Shown here piece by piece: positions 13,001-24,417 of a DNA stretch of 64,000 bases; position 1 is the first letter of the stretch, and every line of letters begins with the position of its first letter. The stretch spans positions 80,850,001-80,914,000 of the forward strand of contig NC_086108.1 of NCBI RefSeq assembly GCF_963921235.1, given 5' to 3'. Position numbers and translations under genes: made by a program. The DNA comes from Mobula hypostoma. Lineage: Eukaryota. The notes below the pieces were generated by a model. That model worked only from the letters and a program-made list of their open reading frames with translations. It made no database searches and had not been told where the DNA came from.

Positions 13001-14084
13001 ATGAGACAAGCACTATGTCACAGAAAGAAACAAATAACAAAGTTTTACTTTAAAGTAGAAAGTGATTGCAATCAGTACAAGTTGCTGGCATCATTAAATT
13101 AAATGCAATAGAATCTGTTCTACTGAAAGAGCGCTTTTGTCTAAAATATTAACTTTCAATCATTCAGTAGTTTTGTGCATGAACAGTGAAGTGTTCAGTA
13201 ATTTGAATGAATTAATTTTAAAATGCAAAACTATACTGCACCACATAAAAATGCTTTCATGTTGGTTGTCTATGTGTTCCAAAGTGCTTCAAATACCAGT
13301 TATTGTGGATTACAATGAATACTACTATATGGTCAAATGATGGTAGTCTGGAAAAGGGGAAGATAAAGACAGAAACAAGCCTGCTTTGATCTTGTATGGC
13401 AGTTGAACAGTTTAGAAGTGAGTTCTTCACAAAACTTTATATTAAAATTACACCTTCAAATGTTACCTTCCCTTTCATGCTAGGTTCCTTTGCTGAAAAG
13501 TTACCTGGCACCAAGGAGAGAATTAATAAACTTTGCAATATGTACCCATAAGGCCAGTGACTTCCTCTCCAGGTATATAAACTGGATTCACCATTAGCCT
13601 CAATAACTGATTTTCATTTAGATGGCAAGTATAAAACAGCGAGATATCCCAAGACATTTCACTGGAGCAGGCCAAACAAAAGTTTGACACCACGTTGCTT
13701 AAGGAGGTGTTAGGGCAGAAGCACAAGAGCTAGGATAAAGAGGAAGGTTTCAAGAAGCATATCAAAGGAGAAAAATGATGTGTGGAGACAGCAGAGTTTA
13801 GGAAGAACAGCACAATTCACCAGAAGACATGTTTTCCATGAGTGAGGAAATTCCATTTGGATACAATAAAGTAGTCTGATCGGGAGCATCTTTTTCTTGC
13901 TGGTCATTACGGTCGGTAATGTTGACCCCAATGCAGGGTCTTGACCTGAAATGTCAATTATCCCTTTCCCTCCATAGACGCTGCCTGACATGTTGAGGCG
14001 TTCAAGCAGCTTTTCATTTTTGCCCCGGATTACAGCATCTACGGTCTCAACGCAACTAATGTTTTGTTGTTTCCAGCCCCTTAG

Positions 14085-14510
14085 TATGAACATAGAATTT
14101 TCCAACTTCTGGTAATTCCCTCCCCCTCCCTTCCCCTATCCCTATTTCACTCTGCCCCCTCCCCCAGCTGCCTATCACCTCCCTCATGGTTCCGCCTCCT
14201 TCTACTACCCATTGTGTTTTCCCCTATTCCTCCTTCACCTTTCCTGTCTATCCCTTCCCTGTCTCCCCTCCCCCACCCCTTTATCTTTCCCCTTACTGGT
14301 TCTTCACCTGGAACCTTCCAGCCTTCTCCTTCCCACCCTCCCCCCACCTTCTTTATAGGGCCTCTGCCCCTTCCCCCTACAGTCCTGACGAAGGGTTCCG
14401 GCCTGAAACATCGAACAATCGTTTCCACGGATGCTGCCCGACCTGCTGAGTTCTTCCAGTGTGTTGTGAGTGCTGCTTTGACCCCAGCATCTGCAGAGTA
14501 TTTTGTGTAA
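14085..14510 (+). mobile_element. Penelope-like element 3' UTR/terminal repeat
   Basis: End of EN ORF, pyrimidine tract, CAGTC-CTGACGA-AGGGTTCCGGCCT-GAAACATC motif at 14380-14412. Confidence 0.8.
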
Positions 14511-15044
14511 TGTATTGTTGGGCTGCGGGGCTGGAGGGGATTATAGAGCTAGCAAGAAATGAAGGGATTTGAAAACCAGGAAGAGAATTTTAAAATCTCG
14601 GTGTTGCTTAAATATGTTAGGTTGGCAACAGTGGGGGATGTGCAAGTTGGATTCGATGTAAATTAGAACAATAGTGGTTGTTGACTTTTGGATGACTCAC
14701 ATCCAATCGAGGCTGGCTAGGAATGCCTTGGAATAGCTAAATGGTATCAAAGTAGTGCACGAGTGTTTCAGCAGCTAATGAGCTGATGTTGAAACTGAGG
14801 GGGCTGTTAAAGAAGTGAAAATGACCGGTGTTCAGTGGTGTCACAGGGGCCCAATTTTCAATGTTGACATTGGCTTAAAAAGGACCTCAGGTAGTGTTAT
14901 TAACAGGCCAAACCTGCTGAGGAGGCCAGGAGAAATTAAGATGTTTTTTGTCTTTTCTGGTGTTGAATATTTCAAAAATGGAATTTGGCCTCCTGTGGGT
15001 CCTAAAGCAACAAGCAACCAGTATGACCCATAATCAGTCAGCTG

Positions 15045-15860
15045 CATGCTTAGACCCCTGCACTACTCTGCATATGTACTTGAATGTGTGGCCAAGCACA
15101 GCTCTGATGCCATCTTCAAATTCACTCACAACCTGGCTGTTGGACAAATATCAGACGGCAATGAGTCAGCTTATTGGAGCAAGATAGGTCACCTGGGTGA
15201 GTGGTGCCATAACAAGAACCTCTCACTCAATGTCAGCAAAACTAAAGAGCTGATTCTTAACTTCAGGAAGGGAAAGGAGGACAGATATGTAGTGGTCTAC
15301 ATTGGGGGATATCAGTAATGGAGAAAGTCAGCATCCACAATTTCCTAGGTTATGAATGACCAGTCCTGGACCAATTATATTGATGCAATCGTAAGAAAAT
15401 GGCAGCAGAGTCTTGACTTGCTTAGGAGGTTAAGGAGGTTCAGCTTGCCCCCAAACAGTCTAGTAAACTTCTACAGATGTGTAGTGGAAAGTATTCTGAC
15501 TGGTTGTGTCAGGCACTGCAATTCAAATGCGCAGGAACGTAAGAAGCCACAAAGAATAGTTGTCTCTGCCCAATACTCCACGGACACATCCCTCCCTATC
15601 ATTGGAAGTACCTACAGGAGGCAACATTTATAATCAAACATTCCCACGACGTGGGCCATGTCATCTTCTCATAGCTATCATCAGATAGTAGATACAGAAG
15701 GCTGAAATGCCACACCACAGGTTCAAGAACAGCTACTCACTTCAGCCAATCATTTCTTGAGCCAACTGGCAAAACCCTAATCACTACAGTTTAGCAACAC
15801 AATAAGCACTTCAGTCATTTTGCACTAAAATGTACTTTGTTTTGTTCTAATTGTGTATAA
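15045..15860 (+). mobile_element. Rex1/Babar-like LINE 3' fragment
   Basis: WCHNKNLSLNVSKTKELILNFRK; LLRRLRRFSLPPNSLVNFYRCVVESILTGC. Confidence 0.8.
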
Positions 15861-15868
15861 TTTATAGG

Positions 15869-18800
15869 CCATAAGACTTCAAGACATAGGAGCAGAATTA
15901 GGCCATTTGGATTATCAAGTCTGCTCTGCCATTTTATCATGCTGATCCATGTTCCCTGTCAGCCCCAATCTCCTACCTTCTCCCCATGATCCCTTCATGC
16001 CCTGACCAAATAAGAATCTATCAACCTTGCCTTAAGTGTAAATACAGATTTGGCTTCCACAGCTGCCTGCGCCACTGATTCAGCACTCTCAGGCTAAAGG
16101 AATTCCTCCTCATCTCCATTCTAAAAGGATGCTCTTCTATTCTGAGGCTGTGTCCTCTGGTCTCAGACTCTCCCACCATAGAAAATATCCTTTCCACATC
16201 CACTCTATCAAGGCATTTCACTATTTGATAGGTTTCAATAAGGTCATCCCTCATTCTTCTGTATTATACAGACCCAAAGCCATCAAATAGAACATAGAAC
16301 ATAGAATAGTACAGCACAGTACAGGCCCTTCGGCCCACAATGTTGTGCCAACCCTCAAACCCTGCCTCCCATATAAGCCCCCACCTTAGATTCCTCCATA
16401 TACCTGTCTAGTAGTCTCTTAAACTTCACTAGTGTATCTGCCTCCACCACTGACTCAGGCAGTGCATTCCACGCACCAACCACTCTCTGAGTAAAAAACT
16501 TTCCTCTAATATCCCCCTTGAACTTCCCACCCCTTACCTTAAAGCCATGTCCTCTTGTATTGAGCAGTGGTGCCCTGGGGAAGAGGCGCTGGCTATCTAC
16601 TCTATCTATTCCTCTTATTATCTTGTACACCTCTATCATGTCTCCTCTCATCCTCCTTCTCTCCAAAGAGTAAAGCCCTAGCTCCCTTAATCTCTGATCA
16701 TAATGCATACTTTCTAAACCAGGCAGCATCCTGGTAAATCTTCTCTGTACTCTTTCCAATGCTTCCACATCCTTCCTATAGTGAGGTGACCAGAACTGGA
16801 CACGATACTCCAAGTGTGGCCTAACCATATGATAAGATGTTCAAATCTGGAATCATTTTCGTGAATCTCTTTTGAACCCTCTCCAGTTTCAGCATACCTT
16901 GTCTAAGATAAAGGGCCCAACACTGCTGACAATACTCCAAGTGAGGCCTCACCAGTGCTTTATAAAGGCTCGACCATTACATCCTTGCTTTTATATTCTA
17001 GTTCTCTTGAAATGAGTGCTAACATTGCATTTGCCTTCCTCACCACAGACTCGACCTGCAAATTAACCCTTAGGGAATTCTGCACAAGGACTCCCAAGTC
17101 CCATCTATACCCTCTTAATGACCTTTTTAGTTGCCTTCTGTTGGTATTTGAAAGCTTCCCAATTCTCTAACTTAGCACTAATTTTTGCTCAATTATATGC
17201 CCTCTTCTTGGCCTTTATGTTGGCTCTGACCTCTCTTGTTAGCCACGATTCTGTCATCTTGCCTTTAAAATACTTCTTCCTGTTTAGGATGTATATCTCC
17301 TGTGCCTTCTGAATTGCTTCCTGAAATTTCTGCCATTGCTGCTCTGCCATCATCCCTGCCAGTGTTCTTTTCCAATCAATTCTGGCCAACTCATTTCTCA
17401 TGCCTCTGTAATTCTCTTTACTCCACTGTAGTACCGATACATCTGACTTTAGCTTGTCCTTCTCAAATTTCAGGGTGAATTCGATCAAATGATGATCACA
17501 CTCCCCCAAGGGTTCTTTTACCTTAAACTTTCTAATCAATTCCAGGTCATTGCACATCATCCAATCCAGAATAGCTGATCCCCTAGTGGGCTCAACTATG
17601 AGCTGCTCTAAAAAGCCATCTCATTGGCATTCTAGAAATTCCCCCTCTTGGAATCCAGCACCAACCTAATTTTCCGAATCTACCTGTATATTGAAATCCC
17701 CCATGACTATTGTAACATTGCCCTTTTGGCATGCATTTTCTATCTCCCATTGCAATTTGTAGACCACATCCTTACTGCTGTTTGGGGGTTTGTAAATAAC
17801 TCCCATTGGGGTCTTTTTATCCTTGCAGTTCCTTAGCTCTATCCACAATGATTCAACACCTTCCAACCCTAAGTTACCTCTTTCTAATGATTTGATTTCA
17901 CTTTTTTTTACCAACAGAGCAATGCCACCCCCTCTGCTTTCCTGCCTGTCCTTTCAATACAATGTGTATCCTTGGACATTAAGCTCCCAGCTATAATCTT
18001 CTTTCAGCCATGATTCAGTGATGCCTACAACATCGTACATGCCAATCTGCAACTGTGCTACAAGTTCATCTACCTTATTCTATATCATATGCACAATCAA
18101 ATACAGTACAACACCTTCAGTCCTGTATTCACCCTTTTCAATTTTTTTCCTTCTTTTACATTGCAACCCATCCTGTTGGCTGCAATTTTGCCCTATCAAT
18201 AGCCTCTGCTTGCTAGGAGTCTCACTACACACTGCCTCTGTTTGTAAACCAACTACCTCATCTCCAGCACTATCACTCCGGTTCCCACCCCCTGCCAAAT
18301 TAGATTAAACCTACCCGAACAACTCTAGCCAACCCGCCCACAAGAATATTGGACCCCATTGGGTTCAGATCTAAGCTGTCCCTTTAGTACAGGTCATACC
18401 TTCCCCAGAAGAGATCCCAGTGATCCATAAATCTGAACCCCTGCCCCCTCTACCAGTTCCTCAGCTACACATTCACCTGCCAAATCATTCTCTATTCTTA
18501 CCCTCACTGGCATATGGCACAGGCAGCAATCCAGAGATTACTATTCTGGAGGTCCTGTTTCTCAGCTTTCTATCTAGCTCCCTAAAGTCTCTGTTCAGGA
18601 CCTCCTCACCTTGTCTACCTATGTCATTGATGCCAATATACACGAAGACTTTTGGCTGCTCACTCTCTCCTTTGAGAATGCCATGATTCAAGACATCCCT
18701 GATCCTGGCACCAGGGATGCAACATACCTTCCAGATGTCTCTATTGTACCCACAGAACCTCGTCTCTGTTCCTCTGACTAAGGAATCTCATATCAACATT

Positions 18801-19400
18801 GCAGTCCTTTTCACCTCTCTACTCTTCTGAGCCACAGCACAAGACTCGGTGCCAGAGACCTGGTCACTGTGGCTCCCCCCTGCTAGCTCATCCCCCTCAA
18901 TAGTATCTAAAGTTGTATACTCATTATTGAGGGGAACAGCCACAGGTAGACGCTGCATTGGCTATGCATTTCCACTCTTTCTCCTGACAGTCACCCACTT
19001 ACCTGTCTCCTGCGATCAAGGGGTGACTACCTCCTTGCATCTCCTGTCTATCACCTCCTCATTCTCCCATATGAGTTGAAGGTCATCAAGCTGCAGCTCC
19101 AGTTCCTTAATACATTCTCTCAGGAGCTGCAACTCGGTGTACCTGGTGCAGATGTGTTTATCTGGGAGACTGGACATCCCTCAGACTTCACACATTCCAC
19201 AAACTGTACAGAACACTGCCTCTGGAGCCATTCTCACTATCTACTATCCCTAACAGACGAGGAATGAACAGAGGGATAGAACAACTTACAAGATAATATA
19301 CCTCGCCCAAACCTGATGAGCCAAAGCCACTCTAAAGACTGGCACTCTCCAAAAGAATGGCTGCTCCACTTGCACATAGATTATTCTTAATGCCCCTTTC
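15869..19400 (-). mobile_element. Internally deleted CR1 LINE (ORF1 esterase-like, APE endonuclease, ORF2 C-terminus, tail)
   Basis: ILKGESEQPKVFVYIGINDIG..IVISGLLPVP (ORF1); ESLWIELRN..GVIYKPPNS..MGDFN (APE); MRDDLIETYQI; RT core missing at about 17100. Confidence 0.9.
16287..16827 (-). mobile_element. Young 5'-truncated CR1 nested in the older CR1
   Basis: Uninterrupted 157-aa ORF VRPHLEYRVQFWSPHYRKDVEALERVQRRFTRMLPGL...; (TTCTATG)n tail at about 16287-16308. Confidence 0.9.
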
Positions 19401-19645
19401 TAATGAATCTCTCTTTCTGATTGGTCACTCCTCAAACCAGAAAAACTGCTGTGAAACTCTGCCTTCAAAATCTTGACCTTATGTTTTCCTTGTGAATGCT
19501 GCTTATTTGTTGCTATTTGCCTGTGATTCTTTCCAATGGATTGTGCATATGACAATAAACTCGATTGGCTTTGTTTCTTTAACTGCGATTTTTCTGTCAT
19601 TTCACCCCGTCCTGTTGTGTTTCCTCAGATACCAAGTCATGGAAA

Positions 19646-20857
19646 ATGCTACTGCAGTGGATTCTACTTCTGGCATTAAGGGAAAGTCATGGGGCTGTGA
19701 ATGAATTCTGCAAATGTGATGTCAATCTTGACTTCAGGACATTCAACTCCAGCTATGCAAGACAACAATGCTGTTTAAATTTCACTGGGTCTTCCATTGG
19801 TGCCCTTCACTGGAATGCCTTCACTGACCTGACAGGACTAATGGTGCTCGACCTGTCAAGTTGTAACATATCTGACATCTTGGATACGGATGAAACTCTG
19901 AGCTCTCTGGAGATCTTATACCTGGACCACAATTATTTAGAGCGATTACCTTCTAATTTCCTAACAAATGCACCCAATTTAAAGGTCCTTCACCTCGAGG
20001 GAAACAATCTTCAAGAATTACCAAAGGACATTTTAGAGAAATCAGACCAGATTAAGGAGCTATACTTGGATTCCAATAATCTGATTTCTATTCCTCCTAG
20101 TGTCTTTAGACCAAGCCTTGAAAAATTGTCTCTTTTTAATAATACTTTGCAGTGTACATGTGCCTTGTATGATGCATTGACAAAATATAATTCAAGTGTC
20201 TTTGTATCGGAAAATGGGCCCACGTGCTTTACCTCTAAGCACACAAAAGGTCTGAATATCATAGATCTTCATCGCTCAGATATCTGCAGGTCCCACAGCC
20301 TTACTGCTCTCTTCATTTGCCTCCCTTTCATCTTGATTCTTGTTCTAGTGTTGGGTTACTTCTGCTGTAGAAGAAGGAGGGCTGATTTTAAAGGGATTAG
20401 ACAAGACAATCACATTTGTACTGTGGAGAAGTCTGGCTTTACAAACCTGGAGGACCATCACTACATAACATGCAGAACCCCAGAGCCAACTCCTACCCTT
20501 GCAGGACATGAGAACAGCATACTTGCCAGAAACCAGTTCATGTTACGTCCCTCAGTAGCACTGCTAGGGAGTAACCGTGACTTGTACGAGGAAGTGGAGA
20601 TAAAGCTTGGTAGTTCTGTTGACTCCATTGCAACTGCTGATGACATCTACCTTAACATGTCAACTAAGAAATCAGAAGAAGAAATAGTCGACGACGTCCA
20701 TATGCAACCAGAGCTGGCGAGTGTGACAGACGAGTTACAAGAGATGGATCGACAAAGGCTCTACATGAATAAATCAGCAAACTACTATAATCTAGTTCCT
20801 GGTATTGAACTAGATGACTCTGACCATGGTGAATATGAAAATATTGACTTATCTTAA
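19646..20857 (+). CDS. Type-I transmembrane leucine-rich-repeat protein with tyrosine-motif-rich tail (LRRC25-like architecture; orthology not established)
   Basis: 403-aa ORF; signal peptide MLLQWILLLALRESHG; 5 LxxLxLxxN/C repeats; LRRCT (LQCTC..C..C); TM about aa219-239; CCRRRR; preceded by a polypyrimidine tract and AG acceptor at 19627-19628. Confidence 0.93.
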   Translation: MLLQWILLLALRESHGAVNEFCKCDVNLDFRTFNSSYARQQCCLNFTGSSIGALHWNAFTDLTGLMVLDLSSCNISDILDTDETLSSLEILYLDHNYLERLPSNFLTNAPNLKVLHLEGNNLQELPKDILEKSDQIKELYLDSNNLISIPPSVFRPSLEKLSLFNNTLQCTCALYDALTKYNSSVFVSENGPTCFTSKHTKGLNIIDLHRSDICRSHSLTALFICLPFILILVLVLGYFCCRRRRADFKGIRQDNHICTVEKSGFTNLEDHHYITCRTPEPTPTLAGHENSILARNQFMLRPSVALLGSNRDLYEEVEIKLGSSVDSIATADDIYLNMSTKKSEEEIVDDVHMQPELASVTDELQEMDRQRLYMNKSANYYNLVPGIELDDSDHGEYENIDLS

Positions 20858-21716
20858 TGATATAGAATAATTAGTAAGACAAATTGTACAAAATCTAAAT
20901 TAAGATGGATGCAGTAAGGCAGACTGTAGAAAGGTGGTGAAGGTGAACTGAGAGAACTTGAAGAATAAGAAAAATAGAATACTTGATTGAAATGGAATCA
21001 ATAGGAGAAAATGCAGGCTAGCATTGGGGTTATGAAGCTCTGCTGTGTCAGTACTCTTCAACATATGGTATGTCAAGGCCAGGAACCCAGCTCAGCTAAA
21101 TTTAGCAATGTTATCCATCATCAGATTCTGATGTCGATAAACTCCTGGAGGAAATTGCAGAGGTAACTTAGTGGAATGAGAGGTGAGAGAGATCAGATCC
21201 AACTTGGTTCCAATAGTATCATTTGCTTTTCAAGAACAATCCACTATCAAAATAAGGGTCAATTCTTTAAAAAAAAATGTGCCTGTTAAAACATACTTCA
21301 AGCGTCCCATCTAGGAATGTTAAAATTTAGCACCAACTTGAGCCTACTACGAGTAGGAAATGGGTGAGTCTGGTTTAGACCCCCATTTTATGTACTAAAA
21401 TTAATGAAATTAACAGAGGATGACTTAGACTGGATGAAAATGTGCTTCCAATTCAAAACAATCTCTAACGTACCATATAAATAAAATCAAAACTCGAAAG
21501 TTTGATCAGACTTCCATATTTATTTTTAGCAGTTGAATGTTAAATTCAATTAATCAGACTGAAAAGACTGGTGATCTCTTGGTTTCACAATATCTAATCT
21601 TTCTCAATCTTCCTTGCTATACTGGATGGATGAGTGAGACAGCCAGTTTTACAGGTTCACTGAGAGTTTTAGAGTAGACTTGTGGCAGTTCTTGGATTTT
21701 ATTTTGTATGTTCATG

Positions 21717-21722
21717 AATAAA
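21717..21722 (+). terminator. Candidate polyadenylation signal of the LRR gene (alternative at 21480-21485)
   Basis: AATAAA followed about 20 nt later by GT-rich gttgtgatgtgg. Confidence 0.45.
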
Positions 21723-24417
21723 TGTATTTATAATTCATCCAAGTTGTGATGTGGAAGGGTGAGCCTGTCAGTCATATTGACCAACAAAGTGCTTAAGAGG
21801 GGGAAAGCAGAGGAGCTACTACAAGGCCTATTGCAGTCGTTTCCCTAATCCCCACTTATGTGCTGATAAGACACTCTTCCCAACACAGAGCAGGTGGGGA
21901 AACAAGCTGGCCCCCCCACAGCAACTCACTCCAGTGACCAGCCTTCCACCTGTGCCTGGCACAACCCACCCATGAACAGCTGTAAGGGGGTGATCGTAGA
22001 TCGCTAGGCTGGTCTGTAGGTCTATAGGTACAACTTTGAAGGATCTGTTGATGCCTCTGTTGGATCTCCCCAAGTTTATTTTGGTTGGTTGCAATCTCAC
22101 GGTAACATTCTGTGAATTCCCTGACATGCCAGCAGAAAACCTTCCTGGAACTCATCCAAGGCACTGAGGGAGGTGTGATGCTAGGAGCAACACATCCATC
22201 ACCTACATCTTGCCCTGGATATTGAATAAGAAATACTGCCACATCCTGTCTTGCACACTGGAAATGAGATTTCACCTGGAGATTACCTTGCAACCCAGAT
22301 GAAGCCTGCACTGTGTTGGGGTCATAGCAATATCTGAAAGCCCCTCCCCAACACTCTGAGAACAGGAAAGGTTAAACTCAGTCTTGGGAATCAGAAAGAT
22401 ATTCAAGTATAGGCTTGAGCCCAATTCTGACTTCACCATATCCACAAACCACTACAAGACTACTAAGGTGGTGAACTTTGCCTACTGTAATGCTTCTTAG
22501 CTGGGAGGTAACAAACTCAAATGTGGCATTCTAGTCCCATTCCTGTTGAGCTCAGTACTGATCAAAGTTTTAAATTGTTTTACCCTTTTCCATGGCAATT
22601 TTACACTCTGAACTATTCTTAGGGAATATTTCTTAGGATTATTTCAAGTAACAAGTCATGCTAACTTGGTACTTTTGAGATACCATTACTTGACTCCACA
22701 ACTGTGGTGTGGGAAAATGAGCACACTGTCAATTCTCTTGCAGCTGCATCAAACAACAGTGGAAAAGCCTACTTAATGTTGGATTGTAATATGGAAGTGC
22801 TACACTTGTATAAAGCTCGAATTGCTGTAAATAATTTGTTCCTTAATGTTTGCATAAACCAATAGTTTTTTATGATTTTTAAGCAGGCCTTTTATAATTA
22901 CATTATAGCCAGCTTTAATAATTACTCTAAACATAGTACATTTGTCCTTTCCAATGCATTTTGTGGCCTTTGGGCGTTAAAGGATTATTTCATATATTAA
23001 AACAATGGTCATAATCAAGTGTCCAACCTCAAGGACATCCTTGCTGTATCAATTGCACAAAGATATATAATATTAATAACTCAAAGTCCTACCATTTGGA
23101 TCCTTCCAGAGTTAAAAGGAAAGAAAACATTTAAACAACTGTAATTTCAGTTTGATATGTCTTTCAATCTGTTGTTGTTTTTCATTTAAGAATGTGATCC
23201 ATGGACAACCTGAGCAGTACAATCTAGAGGGTAAGCCTCAGTCTATTTGAGGGTCAGTCTATCTTTTGTGGGATTTCATGCTGCTAATGCTGGGACAGAA
23301 AATGTTTCTGTCTGAAATAAAGGGAAAATGTTCTATATTCAGCCCTTTGGGAACAAAAACTGTGCCTTTTAATATTAATGTAATGGTAACTAAGATTAAA
23401 ATAGCTCTATTTAATCTACCTTTTTCCTGAGTCACAAATTCATTGTTGCACACATCATAGAAGTGTTATGTTTGAAATATTATTTCAATACCAACAAACT
23501 TCCAGCTGTGTTTTTCATATTTCCTTTCAGACTTATGAAGAATGATTTTATAAATAGAACAATTTGAAGAGATTATTTCCCGCCTTGCTCTTCTGCAGCC
23601 ATCAGTGATTAGTGCCTGTTGATAATAATGGCCCCATTCTCCTAGTTAACCACAGAGTAGCAGCTCTTTGGCAAAAGTCAGTCGAAAGATAAGCAAAGAG
23701 CAAAAATCCTCTTAGAATTCAACCTTCTCTGAAATCTGGTGCACACAAACCAGTTCAAAGTCTGTGACATGTGGTAGCTGTGCCTTCCATGGTTCTTATT
23801 TTGTCCGGTCAACACACGGAATTCTGGAAAGCCTGTGAATCTTTTGGAACTCAAAACTGAAATACACAACAGAAAAACACCTTAATTTGAATCCTGATTG
23901 ATGGTAGAAAGATTGGGTAGGGTTGCATCAGTATACATAGGGTGTGAGAGTTCTGTATAATTATAATCAATATTAAAATGTTGTTCTGGAACAGCAAATT
24001 AAACATATTATTTGGCTTTATTTCTCCTCTGAGTTTAATTATCCCATCCTAGGAATCTATCTGGCAAAACTTCATTTTGCTTTTTTTTTAACTCAAGTGT
24101 GTCCTTCCTCCAGTAGGGAAACAAACATATGCGCACTTTTCCATCTAATCTCACCAGGCCCCATAAAATTGCAATAAGATATTGGTCTTTAGACTAAAAT
24201 TAAAGCCTTTGCAGATGTTGAAATTTTGATTTTAAAACAGGAAAATCCTTAGATCGCCTGCAGTAAGGTCACTAATGTGAAATGATAATGTTTTCCCTCT
24301 GCCCTGATATCTTCTAATGCCCTGTTGCATATTTCCACCATTGTGTGGTTTTACTTCAGTCATTTATTATTTTTGAACCTGTGTCTTCTCTTCCTGTAGC
24401 TGTAATTTAGTTTGCTG

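Noticed and set aside
21828..22311. Overlapping minus-strand ORFs downstream of the LRR gene
   Set aside because: No domain motifs or coding-like features
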